Origin: Basidiobolus meristosporus CBS 931.73
Lineage: Eukaryota; Fungi; Basidiobolomycota
Direction of reading: 5' to 3'
DNA length: 64,000 nucleotides
Assembly: GCA_002104905.1 (NCBI GenBank)
Contig: MCFE01000121.1
Span: 62,001 to 126,000, forward strand
The translations under genes were made by a program, and so were the position numbers. The notes beneath the pieces are model-generated. The model made no database searches. It saw nothing but the letters and a program-made list of their open reading frames with translations, and was not told where the DNA came from. Below are positions 26,576 to 40,022 of this stretch, piece by piece (position 1 is the first letter of the stretch; every line of letters begins with the position of its first letter).

Positions 26576-29500
26576 TTAAATTAGGTATATAAAGAATTAA
26601 GAAAATCAAGCACAAATAAGGAAGAAGAAGAAAATGCTTTAATAAGCAATGATAACCAACAAGGGAGGTGCCTATGACCATAGAAATGCAACAGCAACCT
26701 GTTTTGTAACTACTGCAAAAGGAAAGGGCACACATCAGATGGGTGTGTCAAAAAGAAAGATAGTCAGCAGAAAAAGCCTGAATATGGATATGCTGCACAA
26801 CTGAAAATAGACTCTTCATATCTGCACTAAATATGACAACAAACAAGGATTCTCAGATGTGGTATATTGACTCTGGAGCATCTTGACACTTTACATACCA
26901 AAAAGAACTTTTTACCCAATATCAAGAAATTCCAATCAACAAGGTTTTCATGGGTGACAATGGAACACTTGATGCAGTGGGAGATAAAACTATTCAAGTA
27001 AATCTTAGCAGCAGTGATGGAAGCCATACACTGACCCTTAAAGAAGTACTCTTTGTACCAGAAATAGCCAAGAACCTACTATCCGTAAGCAAGGCCACAG
27101 CAGAAGGACTCAGCTTCAGCTTTGACAATTCTGGATGCAAGATTACTAATCAAAATGGTGCCCATATTGCTTTAGGTATCAGAGATCAGAATCAATACAA
27201 GTTGACTTATATTCCAACAAGTCTGGAAGCCAACAGAAGCAGTTTAAATGATGAAACACAAATGCTTTGGCACAGGAGATTTGAACACACCAATCTTGAT
27301 TATTTGCGCAAAATAATCAAAGATCAGTTAATTTATGGAGTATAATTTATCCCCCAGCTAGTTTGGAGCACTGTGAAGCCTGCATATATGGGAAACAAGC
27401 CAGACAACAGTTCCATAGCTCTGGGTTAATCAAAATTAAGAAAAATTAGATCTAACTCACTCAGATGTGTGTGGACCTAAGCAAAATTTATCCCTAGGTG
27501 GGATTAAGTATTTAATCACTATTTTTGATGACTATACAAGATATACATGGGTCAACTTCATGGAGAGAGAGGAAGAAGCTCTGTCTAAGCTCAGGGAGCT
27601 CAAAGCCATGGTGGAGAGAGAAACAGGTGAGAAAATCAAGAAAATATGCTCTGAAAATGGTGGAGTATGTACCTCAAAACTCTTCATCCACTTCTGCAAA
27701 ATTCATGGGATAAAGCACAAGACTACTGTACCAAACTCCCCACAGCAAAATGGACTAGCAGAATGTGCTAACAGAGCAATAACTGATATGGCTAGATCTA
27801 TGATCCATGATCTAAAATTATCATATGATTTTTGGGCCAATCAGTTGCCACTGATGTATAACTTAAAAATAGGAGTTATAACAAATTACTTGGTAATTCT
27901 ATTCCATTTGAAGCATGGTATGGAAGCAGACTAAGCGCAGAACATCTAAAAATATTTAGGTGTAGAGCATATGCTAAGAAATTGCCCAGGAATCACTCAA
28001 AATTTGAGCCAAAATTTGAAAAATGCATATTTTTGGGTTACTGCAATCAGAGTAAAGCATAAACACTCTACAATACAAAAGCAAAGAAGCTAATCAAGTC
28101 CAGGGATGTGTTGTCAGAAGAAAATTCAGAGTTCTCACAAAAATTGACTTCAGATGATGACAAAAATCTGATCTCAAGTCTACCAACTGTCAGGACTAAT
28201 TCAGAGCTAAACAATGAAATTTTTCTCACTTCAGAGGACTCTACAACCATGATTCAGCCTGAAGCAGTGCTCAGGAATATCCCAGAAGTGATCATTCCAG
28301 TAACAAATGCCTGGAGATCCAAATGCACAAGAAATAGCCCAAGATACTATAACAATGAGAATACAAACTTAGCCTATGCCTATTCAGTCCATATTTATGA
28401 GCCCAAGACTGTGAAAGAGACCCTGAATAGCCCTCAGATAGAGGTCTGGAGATCTGCAATGAATGGGGAATATCAGGCCCTGATGGAAAATGAAACTTGG
28501 GTCTTAGTCAAATCACCAATCAACCAGATATCAATTGGATGCAGATGGGTCTTCAAGACAAAATGCAAGGCTGATGGTACAATTGAAAGATACAAAGCAT
28601 GACTTGTGGCCAAAGGATACTCTCAAACAAAAGGACTTGACTATACTGAGACCTTTGCACCAGTAGCCAAGTTTAATTCCATCAGATTAATATTGGCTAT
28701 TGCAGCCAAGTATAAGTTTTTATTCATCAAATAGATGTAAACTGCATCTTTGAATGGAGAACTTGATGAAGACATGTATAGGGACCAGCCTAATGGGTTT
28801 ACTGGCCAAGATAACCCCCATTTAGTCTGCAAGCTTAAAAAGTCTCAATATGCTCTTAAATAATCACCAAGAGCCCGGAATTGCAAGATAGATTCTTATT
28901 CGGAATCTTGGAGTTTCAAAAGGAGTAATGATGACTAAAGTATATACTATCAGCCAGATAGAGCAAATCCAGTTCTATTAGCTCCATATGTGGATGATCT
29001 TATTATAGCTGCCAAAAACCTAGAAACATTGGAAGAGACTAAATCCATCCTATCTAAGGAGTTCAAGATATACAATGTAAGAGAACTCAGTTGGTACTTA
29101 GGGATTAAGTTATCCATAGACAGAAGTACCCAGATTATTACACTAACCCAATCCAAGTATATCCACCATATATTAAAGAAGTACCTAATGGATGACTGTA
29201 AACCAGCAGCTACCCCAATGGAGACTAACCTTAACTTGGTCAGAACTCAACCAAATCAAGAGAGCTTGGTGTCATCTGAATGCCCCAGCTTTCCTTATCA
29301 CTCTATAGTCAGCAGTCAGATGTATATCATGCTTGGAACATGTCCAGATATCTCACATTCAGTGGGAGTAGTCTGCCAACATAATCAGAACTATGGATCT
29401 GACCATATTGCGGCAGTTGAGTGGACTTTGAGATACCTAAAAGAAACTGCTGATATCAGCTTAATATACACTTATAATGATTCAGAACAGGATCTTGTGG

Positions 29501-29886
29501 GATACTCTGAAGCTGATTGGGGACAAGATTTGGAAGACAAAAGATCCACCACAGGAAAACACTTTCTTTACTGTAAAGGAGCAATTTCATGGAATGCAAG
29601 AAAGCAACCAACCGTAGCACTTTCAACCACAGAGACAGAGTATATGGTGGCCTGTGAAGCTACAAAAGAAGCAATGTGGTTAAGAAAGCTTTTTACAGAT
29701 TGAGGCCAATGTCAAAAAATGCCTATTACTTTATTTCAAGATAATCAAGGATGTATACAATTATATAGATATACAACTTTGCATGCTAGTACTAAGCTCA
29801 TAGATATTAGACATCATTTCATGCATGAAGCTATAGAGAATAAGTTAGTTAGCTTGGTTTACTGTCCTTCAGATGAAATGATTGGC

Positions 29887-30616
29887 TATGATGGAGTTCA
29901 GTCTGTTCCTGGCTTGCTGTGTTAATTGGCAAGAACTGCAGTTTTTTTTGCATGCCTTGCTGTCTCTTCTGGTAACCTGACGTGTCTTTTCAGCTTGTTT
30001 TGAGTTCTCAACCGTAGTTGTGACAGGCTCCTGTAAAAGCGGTGTGGTAGGGTAAACATACCTCCCACAGACAAGTTTATTCATATAGTCATTATGATAT
30101 ACTTATCCATATTTTATCTTATCAGTATTATCCCATTCTTCTTTTGCCCATATTATTAGTATTATCCCCGTATGATGTTTACCCTGATTAGTTATTAGCA
30201 TTAGTTATCCCAGATGTTATTCAGCTTTGTGATCAGTAGATGTATCTATATAAGGCAAGTACCCACGTCAGTACCCGTGACACATGACCTAGGTCTGTGT
30301 TACCATCCCTACCATTTCAATACCATATGTGGTATTTCTATGTTGCACAAGTTTCAGACTACTGATTCCTGATTGGTTGAGAGTGCTGTGCCTTTTAGAA
30401 CCTTCCAGGACATTCTTGGCATATTTTTAGCCCATAGTGATGTCATCAAGAATTCCACTGATACCTAGAATCTTCTAGAACCTTGTCATTGGTGATCACT
30501 TGGCAATCAGGAAAAGTATTTAAGGGAAAGCAATCCCTCATCAATAAACCATCCCTTCTATCAGTAGCACTTCTCCCTTATTGATTAGCAGTTGATCACT
30601 GCACCTGCCTTCAACA
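29887..30616. mobile_element. LTR-like segment (family D); limits uncertain
   Basis: Non-coding block that truncates copia B. Contains TATA-like motifs, AATAAA (~30543), an end in TTCAACA, and GACACATGACCTAG like the family C LTR. No TSD found. Confidence 0.4.
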
Positions 30617-30901
30617 GTACATCTCAGACCTGCCATCAAGGAGCTTTTCAGGGTAGTGCACAAGACACACAGAGGCCTTTGGAGACACTTGGAGCACCTA
30701 GGAAGCTAGAGAAGCAGGAGCTTTTACCATAGAGAAATACTGACAAAGACACCAGCAGTTTAGACACAGAGGTTATTGCACCCATCAGACATCTCACACA
30801 CCTTGAGTTGTGTAGCTTCTCCCAGGAGTACCTCTACACCACCACAGCGGCTGGTTTTTATCACTGCCAGGTTCTTCACTGCTACTTTAACTGGGTGCTT
30901 C

Positions 30902-32020
30902 TTATGTGGTACTACGCTTTTTCCTTGATAAATGTTGTGCTGGTGCATCCATGTCTGCCTGCTTGTCCTTAATTGGTACTCTTCCAGCTGCCTGATGTCT
31001 CTTTGACACTTGTCTGGAGCTTTTGGCCCTGCTTGTAATGGGCTCTTGAGGAAGCCGCTGGTTTTTAGCCATGGCACCCTTGTTCTTCTGCCTTTGATAG
31101 TTTCTGCTATTCTTAAGATACTTTCTTAGCATACCAATGCTGGCCCAAAATCCATTTGCCCGTTTGAATCCAGGATAATGCTCATGAAACAAGTCAAGTG
31201 CATTCTGCTTGGCCTTGAGTTCCTGATGGTCCCATGGTATGCCGGTGTTAAGGTGATGGCATGCTAGACTTCTGATGGCCTCTTGTATATTGGCCCACTC
31301 TTCATTATTGCACTCAACGGCTTCACGGATCTTCAATGTCTTTTGATTTTTAGGCTTTGGTATAAACACCACATTGTCTCCCTCCCATGCTGCAATAGGT
31401 TTTTCTGTGGGCTTTATCTTTGGGCACTGTTGTTATGCTTCAAAGACTGTATGGTGTTCCTCTGCTGTTATGTTGGGAAATGGCTCAATTCTTGGCTGTG
31501 ACATTGAGCCACTTGAGTTCCTTCTTTGCAGCAAAGTTACTGCTTTCTCTACCTGGGATTTTGATTGCTCTACACATATTATCCGCTCATCCTGTTTCTG
31601 GACTACTTCCTGATTTCTCTGGGCCATTGCATCTATCCTATCAGCCACTGCACCTAATTACTGCATTAATACTTTGGTATGAGCAGACAACATATTTGCT
31701 AATATGGGTGGTGGTGATTATATCATGGCTGCTTGCTGATCTTCAACAGAGGGTACTGCGTTTGCTACATTCTCATCTGCCTGAGCATAATGATCAGCTT
31801 GTGGATCTGCACATGTTCTCAATTGCCTACTTGACTGAGAGCCTGAGGAGTCCGCATTATTACCTTCAATGGGCACACTGTCCACAGGGCCTTTTTTGGA
31901 TGTAGCCCTGCTTGTTGCACTGAATGTCAAAGCAAGCTGTTGTCCAACTGTTCTTCTGCTACTGTCAGCGGTGGGGCTTGGTTGAGAACCAGACAACTTT
32001 GCTTTATTTTTTGGCAGCAT
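30902..32020 (-). pseudogene. ~373-codon accessory gene divergent from the CACTA-type transposase, with three in-frame TAA stops
   Basis: ORFs 31718-32020, 31433-31648 and 30902-31372 share one frame (gaps of 69 and 60 nt). Low-complexity N-terminus, coiled-coil-like middle, helical C-terminal domain (EWANIQEAIR...PWDHQ...FWASIGMLRKYLKNSRN). Confidence 0.65.
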
Positions 32021-32242
32021 ATATATGGAAGTGAGTCAATCCAAAGGGGAAATAGTGTTACATATACCTGTGTATGTGGTGCCACAACTTTATTTATAAT
32101 GCTTACTATGGTGGGTCATCATTGAATCTTACATTAGTGTAGGTGGGATGTCTCAAATCCAAGACTGTCTTAAGTTCACATGAGTATTGACCAAAAAGTG
32201 ATATAATTGCGTTATGTTGTTGAAGGTTAAACTGTTTGCCCC

Positions 32243-34934
32243 ATGGACAAGACTACTTTGACTCAACACCATAAGAGAAGAGAAAAAAGACCATGTGGCC
32301 ATTGTGGCAAGCCTCTCAGCCATCAAGCATACAGACAGCATAGGAAGTATTACAAGGATCACGGCCAGTGTTTTGCCACCCAAGTCATATTTGACCATTC
32401 ATTGGTCACCACTGTACCAACATTATCTTACTGGCCAGTTGATACTTCTATATTGGCACCTGGCCATCTTTGTCACCTTGCGCAAACTGAGTCAGGTGAG
32501 TTTGTGATGCCTTTAGGCTCACCTCAGCCTTCTGAATATGGCATGCAGAGTGATAGCTCTGACAAAGAAGGTTCACTGATGGATTTTGAGCCTATCTTGC
32601 CTAACAACAGTACCATGTATGAGCCTGGCCAAATCCCTATATGCAATGAGACAACACCTGTCAAAACAAATGCCAAGGATACTTTATGGAGCCAAGTGAG
32701 CCCAGTAATCCATCTACTGGTGAATGATGTGATGTTGTGGCTAGAGAAGTGGCGCATTTCCACTAATATCAGTAATGGGGGCTTTGAGGATTTATTACTA
32801 CTTCTTGCCAAAATCATACCAGGATGCAACTTACCATGTACATGGTACAAGTGGACAACTATCATGTGGCTGGCAACATATGATCCAGAGACTGTCCTGA
32901 TTCCAGCATGTGTTAACAGTTGCATAGCATTCACATCCAAAAATGCTACCATTGCAATGTGTCCAAATTGTCAGGAATCCACCACCATTGAGGGAAAACA
33001 TTGCTCACACTCCGGATATATTCCGGTCATACCCCATCTGAGGAAGCTGATGCAGTCCGACAAATATTGTAAAGCTATACCATACTGCACTCAGTATCAA
33101 TCAAGTGCAAACATATCCAATATATTTGAATGCAATCATTACAAACAGCTAAGAAGCAAGGGCTACTTTGAAGGTATGTATGACCATGCCTTTGCTTTAG
33201 CACTTGATGGATTCTCATTAAACAAGTACTCTACCAGCAAATCCTGCTGGCCACTGATTTTCATCAATCTGGATCTCCCGCCCATCTTACAGAATCTGAG
33301 CAATAATCTGATGGTAGTCTCACTGGTATCTGGGCCTAAATCACCATCCAACCTGGATAGCTACCTGTAACCATTGCTGAATGAATTTTGTATGCTTTCC
33401 AGCAGGATAACAGTAAATGGCTGTCATGTAAAAGTGCATATTATTATCTGCATTGGAGATACCCCAGCCATCAGCAAGATAGCAGGTTTTTCCAGGCATA
33501 ATGGACAGTATTGCTGTTGAGTGTATGAGATCCAGGGGATTTACTCCATAACTCACACACATTATTATTACCCTAACACCAGCACTAAGAACATCATCTT
33601 TCCACAGTGTGAGCATACAGAAGTAAGCATGCAATTGCAGCAAAGTTGGCAAGCTATAAGCCATTGGCCAGAATATGGAATCAATTGGAAACCAGAGGTA
33701 CTTAAGATAGAGGGTAACTGTTGGAGCAAAAGCTTTCCACTGGGAGCAATGCCTTAGCTTTTCAACAATATCCCTATGCTGATGACCAAGTTGTACATGG
33801 GGCATTTCAAGCTAAATGAGCCCTTTAAGATACCGGAGAAATTTGAAAAAATTGGCAAGATATTACAGGGTATCCACTACCCTAAGTACTTCTCACAGGC
33901 TCCAATTAATATTCATACGCATGTGCAACAACACAAATGCAAAGACTGGATGAACTAGATATGTATTTATTCAAGTGGTGTTCTGAAGCCATTCCTACCA
34001 AGAGTACATTGGAAGCATTGGGAGTCATATGTGAACATTGTAGGAATATTTATCCAGAAGCGGATCACCATTGCCAACTTGGCACATCTAGAGCTGTTGT
34101 GTGAGGAGTTTGTGACAGGATTTGAGCGGCTATACTACAAACATAAAGCTGAATGCTTAGATCTCTGCCGCTACTGTATCCATTCTCTACTCCATCTTGC
34201 ACAGAGTGTGGAGAATATTGGGCCTGGCTTCACAGTTTGGGAGTTTCCTATGGAGCGGATGTGTGGGGAGATAGGAAGACAAGTCAAGTTGCAGATACTA
34301 CCATATCCCAATCTCATCAAGAATGTTACCTTCAAGTCCATCATGGATGTGATGAGTTGGCACATGGAGGACAGTCAGAAAGAGTTGGAAAATACTGAGG
34401 ACAAATGTGCACATGGAGACACCTATACCAGTGGCATTAAGAAGCTAAGCAGCCCAAATGTGTGGGCAATCAGTTAAGTAATTCAAAGTTGGGTTGGGTG
34501 CAACAAGCAACTAATTTTTATCAGGAAAACTCCACCAAGATATGCCAGATTTCTTGTGGTCACAAGCCAACTTCTACACCATTTAATACGGAATTCACAC
34601 AAACAAAAGTCAGAGCACACCCACAAGGGGGACTAGAATCCAGCAGGGAGAAGGAATATATTGGATAAATACCAAGAAGTTCTTTGCCAATATTCAGGAG
34701 GTATTCATGGCTGAAGTGGCAACAACCAAGCATATGTTTGCAAGATGTATATGCTACCAGCAGTACAAGGTATATGGCAACTTTGCAAGTATCACACTAA
34801 AAAGCCATAAAGTTGAGGTGATAGAAGTATGTCAACTGTGGCAGGTGTGTGCGTTTGTAGAGGTTAGTATGCAGGAGGCCATAGTTTTTTTTGATTCAAA
34901 CTATATGTGGAATACCCAAGGTAGCAGTGGGTAA
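32243..34934 (+). pseudogene. Tnp2/Transposase_21-type (CACTA/EnSpm) transposase, degenerate
   Basis: N-terminal CGHC..LSHQAYRQH, IPACVNSCIAFT..CPNC, LALDGF..CWPL..INLDLPP, GPKSPSNLDSYL, and C-terminal HSLLHLAQSVENIGP..WEFPMERMCG. Confidence 0.85.
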
Positions 34935-35801
34935 GCAAATAAAGAAAGGTGATTCTACAGTGGAATATATGAATTGCACAAGGGGAGGTAGAAAAAGGAA
35001 ATACAATTTGGTAAATTAGTATGGTAGCATTATACAGAACCAGCAGCAGGCCGTCATACTGCCAAGAAAATGCCATCAGAGTCTTGCTGTGAGGACATTG
35101 AGATACCGTCAAGTTTCTTGCCATAAAAGGCAATTGGAAGTCCTGGCCAACTGGATCCACTTAAAATAGTAATAGAGCACTGAAAGACCACAACAATACC
35201 ATGCAAATATTGTCACAGTACTGATCAAAAATTGTCAAGTTTCATCCCTTTATTTGGCTGTAAAATTTGCAAAATACCGTCATGATCTTGTTATAAGATT
35301 GTCAGGAGGGTCACTGATTCCAAGCTGCTATTATTATGATTGTCTCTAAACAGTATCTTGACGGATGATCCAGATTGGATCCACCTGTGGGACCAAATTA
35401 TTTTTCATAGGGAATGTGGAGAATGTAACTCAAAATTCTTCATCCACTTCTGCAAAATTCATGGGATAAAGCAAAAGTCTTCTGTAGCATACTCCCCACA
35501 GCAAAATGAAGTAGCAAAATGTGCTAACAGATCAATAACTGATATGGCTAGAGCTATGATCCATGATCAAAAGTTATCCTATGATTTTTTAGCACAATCA
35601 GTTGCCACTGCTGTATATCTTAAAAATAGGAGTTATAACAAGGTAATCTATAATTCTACTCCATTTGAGACATTGTATTAGTACAGACTAGGTGCAGACC
35701 ATCTAAGAATATTTGTGTGTATAGCATTTGCCAAAAAACTGCTCAGAAATTAGTCATATTATCAGCCAAAAAGTGTAAAATGCATATTTTTGGGCTGTTG
35801 C

Positions 35802-36148
35802 TGTTGAAATATTCTGTGGAGTAGTGAAAGTGATGTGGGGAACTAGAGGATTTGCATGTTTTCACTGATAGACTTATTGATTAAAAGTATGGTATTTATA
35901 TTTTTTGTAAAGTTGAGCAATCAAATGTATAGAGTTTGTTAAGGAAGGTCCCAACCATATGTGTGCAAAGTTTGGGGGCTTTGGACAACTTTGAGAAAGA
36001 TCATAATCTGGGTACCTGATAGTTTGGTAAGAATATTCTAAGTAAATCCCAACCAGAAATCTGGTCAGGAGAGAATGCTAATCAAAGAGTAAGATCTCTG
36101 TGACTAAGCTAGCATGAGTATTTTGGTGATAACCTAATAAATACAACA
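35802..36148 (-). mobile_element. Old antisense solo LTR related to copia B, inside the copia B integrase
   Basis: TGTTG...CAACA ends; reverse-complement similarity to 44654-45003 (aaggaaggtcccaa..gtgtgcaaagtttgggg). Flanks GTTGC and ATGGC fit a decayed 5-bp TSD. Confidence 0.65.
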
Positions 36149-39100
36149 ATGGCAATGAGAGTACAGCACACAGACTGTACAATACCAAAGCAAAGAAGCT
36201 GATCAAGTCCAGGGATGTGTTTGACAAAACTCAAAATTTTCACAAAGAGTGATATCAAATAGTGACAAAAATGAAGACAAAAATTTTGTCTAAAGTCCAT
36301 CAATTGCCAGGATTGAATCAGAGCAAAACAATGAAAAATTTTTCACTCCAGAGGACTCTTCAACCATGGTTCAGCCTGAAGGAGTGCCCAGGAATATCCC
36401 AAAAGTGATCATTCTAGTATTAAATACCAGGAGATCTAGCCAGACAAGAAATAGCACAAATGATTATATCAATGTGGGTACAAATTTGGTCTATGCCTAT
36501 TCAGTCCATGGTGATCAGCCCCAGACTGTAAAAGAGACCCTAAATAGCCCTCCAAATAAGTTCTGGAGATCTGCAATGACTGAGGATTATCAGATTCTGA
36601 TGGAAAAGCAGACTTGGGACTTGGTCAACTTAACTGCAACTAAATATCAGTTAGATGCAGATGGGACTTCAAGACAATATACTAGGCTGATGGTACAGTT
36701 GAAAGATGCAAAGCAGGACTTGTGTCCAAAGAATACTTTCAAATAAAAGGACTTGACTATACTAAGCCCTTTGCACCAGTAGCCAAGCTTAATTCCATAG
36801 GATAAATGTTGGTTATTGCAGCCAAATTTGAGTTTTTTATACATCAAATAGATGTAAATCTGCAATTTTGCATGAGGAACCTGATGAGGACATGTGCATG
36901 GACCAGCCTGATGGGTTATTTGACCAAAATAACCCCCATTTGGTGAGCCAACACAAAAAATCTCTATAAGGTGTTATGTATAGACACAGGGCAGGAGAGT
37001 ATAGCTAGGCAAGGCAGGACCAGGAAAGGACTTAGGTGTGGATCAACAAGGCAAGGTGGATTTCCATAGGTGATGACAAAGTTAAAACTGGACAGGAAGA
37101 GGGACCATCTGGCTTGTCTCTGGTTTAGTACTTTTGAGGTGGTAAAGTACTTAAGGTTCTTGTGGTCACAGAAGATCTTTATCTTTTGGGCTGCACCGTC
37201 AAGGTAGTGTCTCCATTGCTCAAAGGCAACAATGATTGCAAGTAGTTCCTTATCATAGATATCATAATTTACTTCAGCTGGAGTAAATATCCAGGAGTAG
37301 AATGCAATGGGGTGTTGTAAATTCTTGTCATTGTACTGGGAAAGGATTGCACCAAGTGCAAAGTCAGTGGCATCAGTTTCTATGATGAAAGGTTTCTCAA
37401 GGTCAGGGTGAGCAAGCAGGGGAGCATATAGGAAGGATTTCTTGATGGAATTAAAGGACTTGGACTGTTCCTCATTCCAGGCAAAGGGCAGACTCTTCTG
37501 GGTGAGCTTTGTCAAGGGTGTGACTATTGTGGAGTAGTTGGTAATAAATCTACAATAGAAGTTGGCAAATCCAAGGAAGGACTGTACTTCTTTTACAGAA
37601 CAGGGAGTTTTCCACAACTGGATGGCTTCTACTTTCCTGGGGTCCATTCTTGTTCCATTTGAGCTGATAAGATAACCTAAGAACTCAACTTCTTTCTGGT
37701 CAAACTCACATTTCTCCAATTTGGCATAGAGGCCAGCAGTGTCAAGTTTGGTCAAGACTTTCTTGACATGGGAATTATGTTCTTCTTGTGTCTTAGAGTA
37801 GATCAAGATGTCATCAAGGTAGATAACCACAAATTGGTCAAGGTATTCTTGGAAGATGTCATTCATCAGGTGTTGAAAGACCACTGGGGCATTGGTGAGA
37901 CTAAATGGCATAACTTTATACTCAAAATGACTGTATTTTGTTCTCAATGCAGTTTTCCATTCATCACCAGGCTTGATCCTGACCAGGTTATATGCTCCTC
38001 TGAGGTCAATCTTAGTAAATACATTGGCAGCAGAGAGTTGATCCAACAGGGTGTTGATCTAGGGTAAAGGGTACCGGTTCTTGATTGTGATCTTATTCAG
38101 TGCACAGTAGTCTACACACATTTCTAGGGTACCATCCTTTTTTTTGACAAAGAGGATTGGGGCACCAGCTGGGGACTTAGAGTGCTGAATAAAACCTTTC
38201 TGGAGGCTTTCTTGAATATAGCCATGGAGTTCTTTCAACTCAGGTTGCAAGAGGTTGTAAATAAGACCAAAAGGTGGGGTGTTTCCTTCTTCAAGGTCAA
38301 TGGGACAATCATAGGATCTATGGGCTGGGAGTAGTTTGGCTTTCTTCTTGTCAAAGACATGGGCAAACTCTTGATACTTGGCAGGTATTCCATTGAAGGG
38401 GGTTCCTGCAGTGATGATGAGCTCCTGTGTCTGGGGTAGCTTAGGAAAGGATACTTCTTTACCTGAAAAATCAGGTGGTTTCATGGAGTTGACATGGTGG
38501 ATTCTGGGGAATGTCAGGATTTTGGTCTTCCAGTTGATAGCTGGGTTATGGTGACTAAGCCATGAGCTTCCAAGGACTATGGAGTAATGGGGAGAGTTGA
38601 TAATGTTGAAGGCTAGTGTCTTATGGTGACCAGTACTGGACAGCTGGAGTGGACAGGTCTCATGGGTAACAGCACCAGAAGAGAGGGACATTCCATCAAT
38701 AACCTCTACTTGGACAGGACAGGATTTCAAGGTAGCAGTTCTGGCTTGGTCAATGTTGCCAAATGTTAGCTCTATTTCTGTGAGGAAGGCATGGTAGTTG
38801 CTGAGTAGAGGGGAGTTGGTTTCCATCAAAGGGGAGAATCATTTCTGGGCAGTTCCAGTCAGCAGGTAAGAGATATAACCAACTTTTGCTTGATCTGTTG
38901 GGAACCAATTGGGTTGTAGTGACAAGTGGTGTTTCACTACATTGATGAAACCTTGGAATTCATTCTGGGAGCCACTAAACTTGGTAGTGGAAGTGATCTT
39001 GGGATCATGGTAGGAGGGAGCCTGGATAGGCTGTTGAGCATTTTGGCTCTGGAGTTGAGCAACAGAGTTTCTGAGGTCTGCATTGTCTTGTTGCAGCTGG

Positions 39101-39552
39101 GCAAAGGCAGCCATGAGACTTGCAAAATTATACTCTGGGCTGGACATGTCATGGTAGCAGGAGGCAGAGAAGTCTCTTGGACTTGTTCAGGAATACTGGA
39201 TATTCCTAGCTAATTTGTGGGTTATAAAGCCACTAGTTTGTCAAGAATACAATTATTGAGCCACAATCCCCAACTTTGAATAAGTTAGCATCACTTCAGA
39301 AGGTACTGGCTTTAACATCCTTTGATAGAGTATTATACTAAAGCTTCCAATACTGTAACAACTGTAAACTACACCAGCAGGGTAATAAATTGAATGCAGC
39401 TTTGGCCAATAATCATACAAAGATAAAGTATCTTTGCCTTTAGAGGACACAACTAGGGAAAGATTCAGGGTGATACTTACGGTAGGTATTTCTTTACAAG
39501 TTCTTCTCAAGAACTTTGGGTAGAAGGCAGAGATTCACAGGTAAGTCAGGGG

Positions 39553-39564
39553 CAGTCTGATAAA
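39553..39564 (-). promoter_or_regulatory. Self-priming primer-binding site of family C
   Basis: Sense TTTATCAGACTG, 2 nt after the LTR end, is the exact complement of CAGTCTGATAAA at 39701-39690, about 31 nt downstream of the LTR TATA box (39727-39732). Confidence 0.85.
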
Positions 39565-39984
39565 ACTATTATGAATAGCCACAAGGCAGGAGAGTAAAGC
39601 TAGGCAAGGCAGGACCAGGAAAGGACTTAGGTGTGGATCAACAAGGCAAGGTGGATTTCCAAGGCAAGGCTGTTTATTCAAGACCTGTGTTTATCAGACT
39701 GAGGAATACATAAGGGGGGATAGGACTATATACACTTTTTGGCAATATGGATGCCAAGAGATATTGGCTAATACTGATGGGGTTCTGGGGTGATGCACAA
39801 TAGGTGTGCCAAGATAGAATATACTAAAGAACAGACTGGAATATCACATGGAGATATGTCAGGGGTCAGCTGATTGTGTGACTAGGTCATGTGACATGTA
39901 GTTACCATACATGGCATGGGACTACATAGACTCTAATGGGAAGCTTCCATAGAATGTTCCATTGTGCAACATTGACTTGGAGCT

Positions 39985-40022
39985 TTCAAGAAGTTGCTAG
40001 AATGTAGTAGAACTTTCCAGAA
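39985..40022. promoter_or_regulatory. Extended heat-shock element in U3 of the family C LTR
   Basis: TTC-aa-GAA-gt-TGC-ta-GAA-tg-TAG-ta-GAA-ct-TTC-ca-GAA: 8 in-phase pentamers, 6 of them perfect. Confidence 0.7.

Larger units (their letters stand above)
25360..29886 (+). mobile_element. Copia family B internal region (gag, PR, IN, RT, RH), degenerate, with a MITE and an inverted 3'-end segment in gag
   Basis: WYIDSGA coding at ~26860, LWHRRF, MCGPKQNLS, QQNGLAE, IGCRWVFKTK, MDDLII, YSEADW. Paralogous to 40530-44420. Confidence 0.88.
30902..35412 (+). mobile_element. CACTA/EnSpm-type element: accessory gene, transposase and right terminus; left terminus not found
   Basis: Ends TTTTTCATAGGG at 35412, directly against copia B integrase sequence. 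The subterminal ~400 bp are homologous to ~1480-1871. Confidence 0.8.

Noticed and set aside
36964-37066. Novel C-terminal domain (GNPPCLVDPHLSPFLVLPCL...) on the family C RT, also seen in ORF 41833-42297
   Set aside because: It is LTR sequence read through after a deletion junction.
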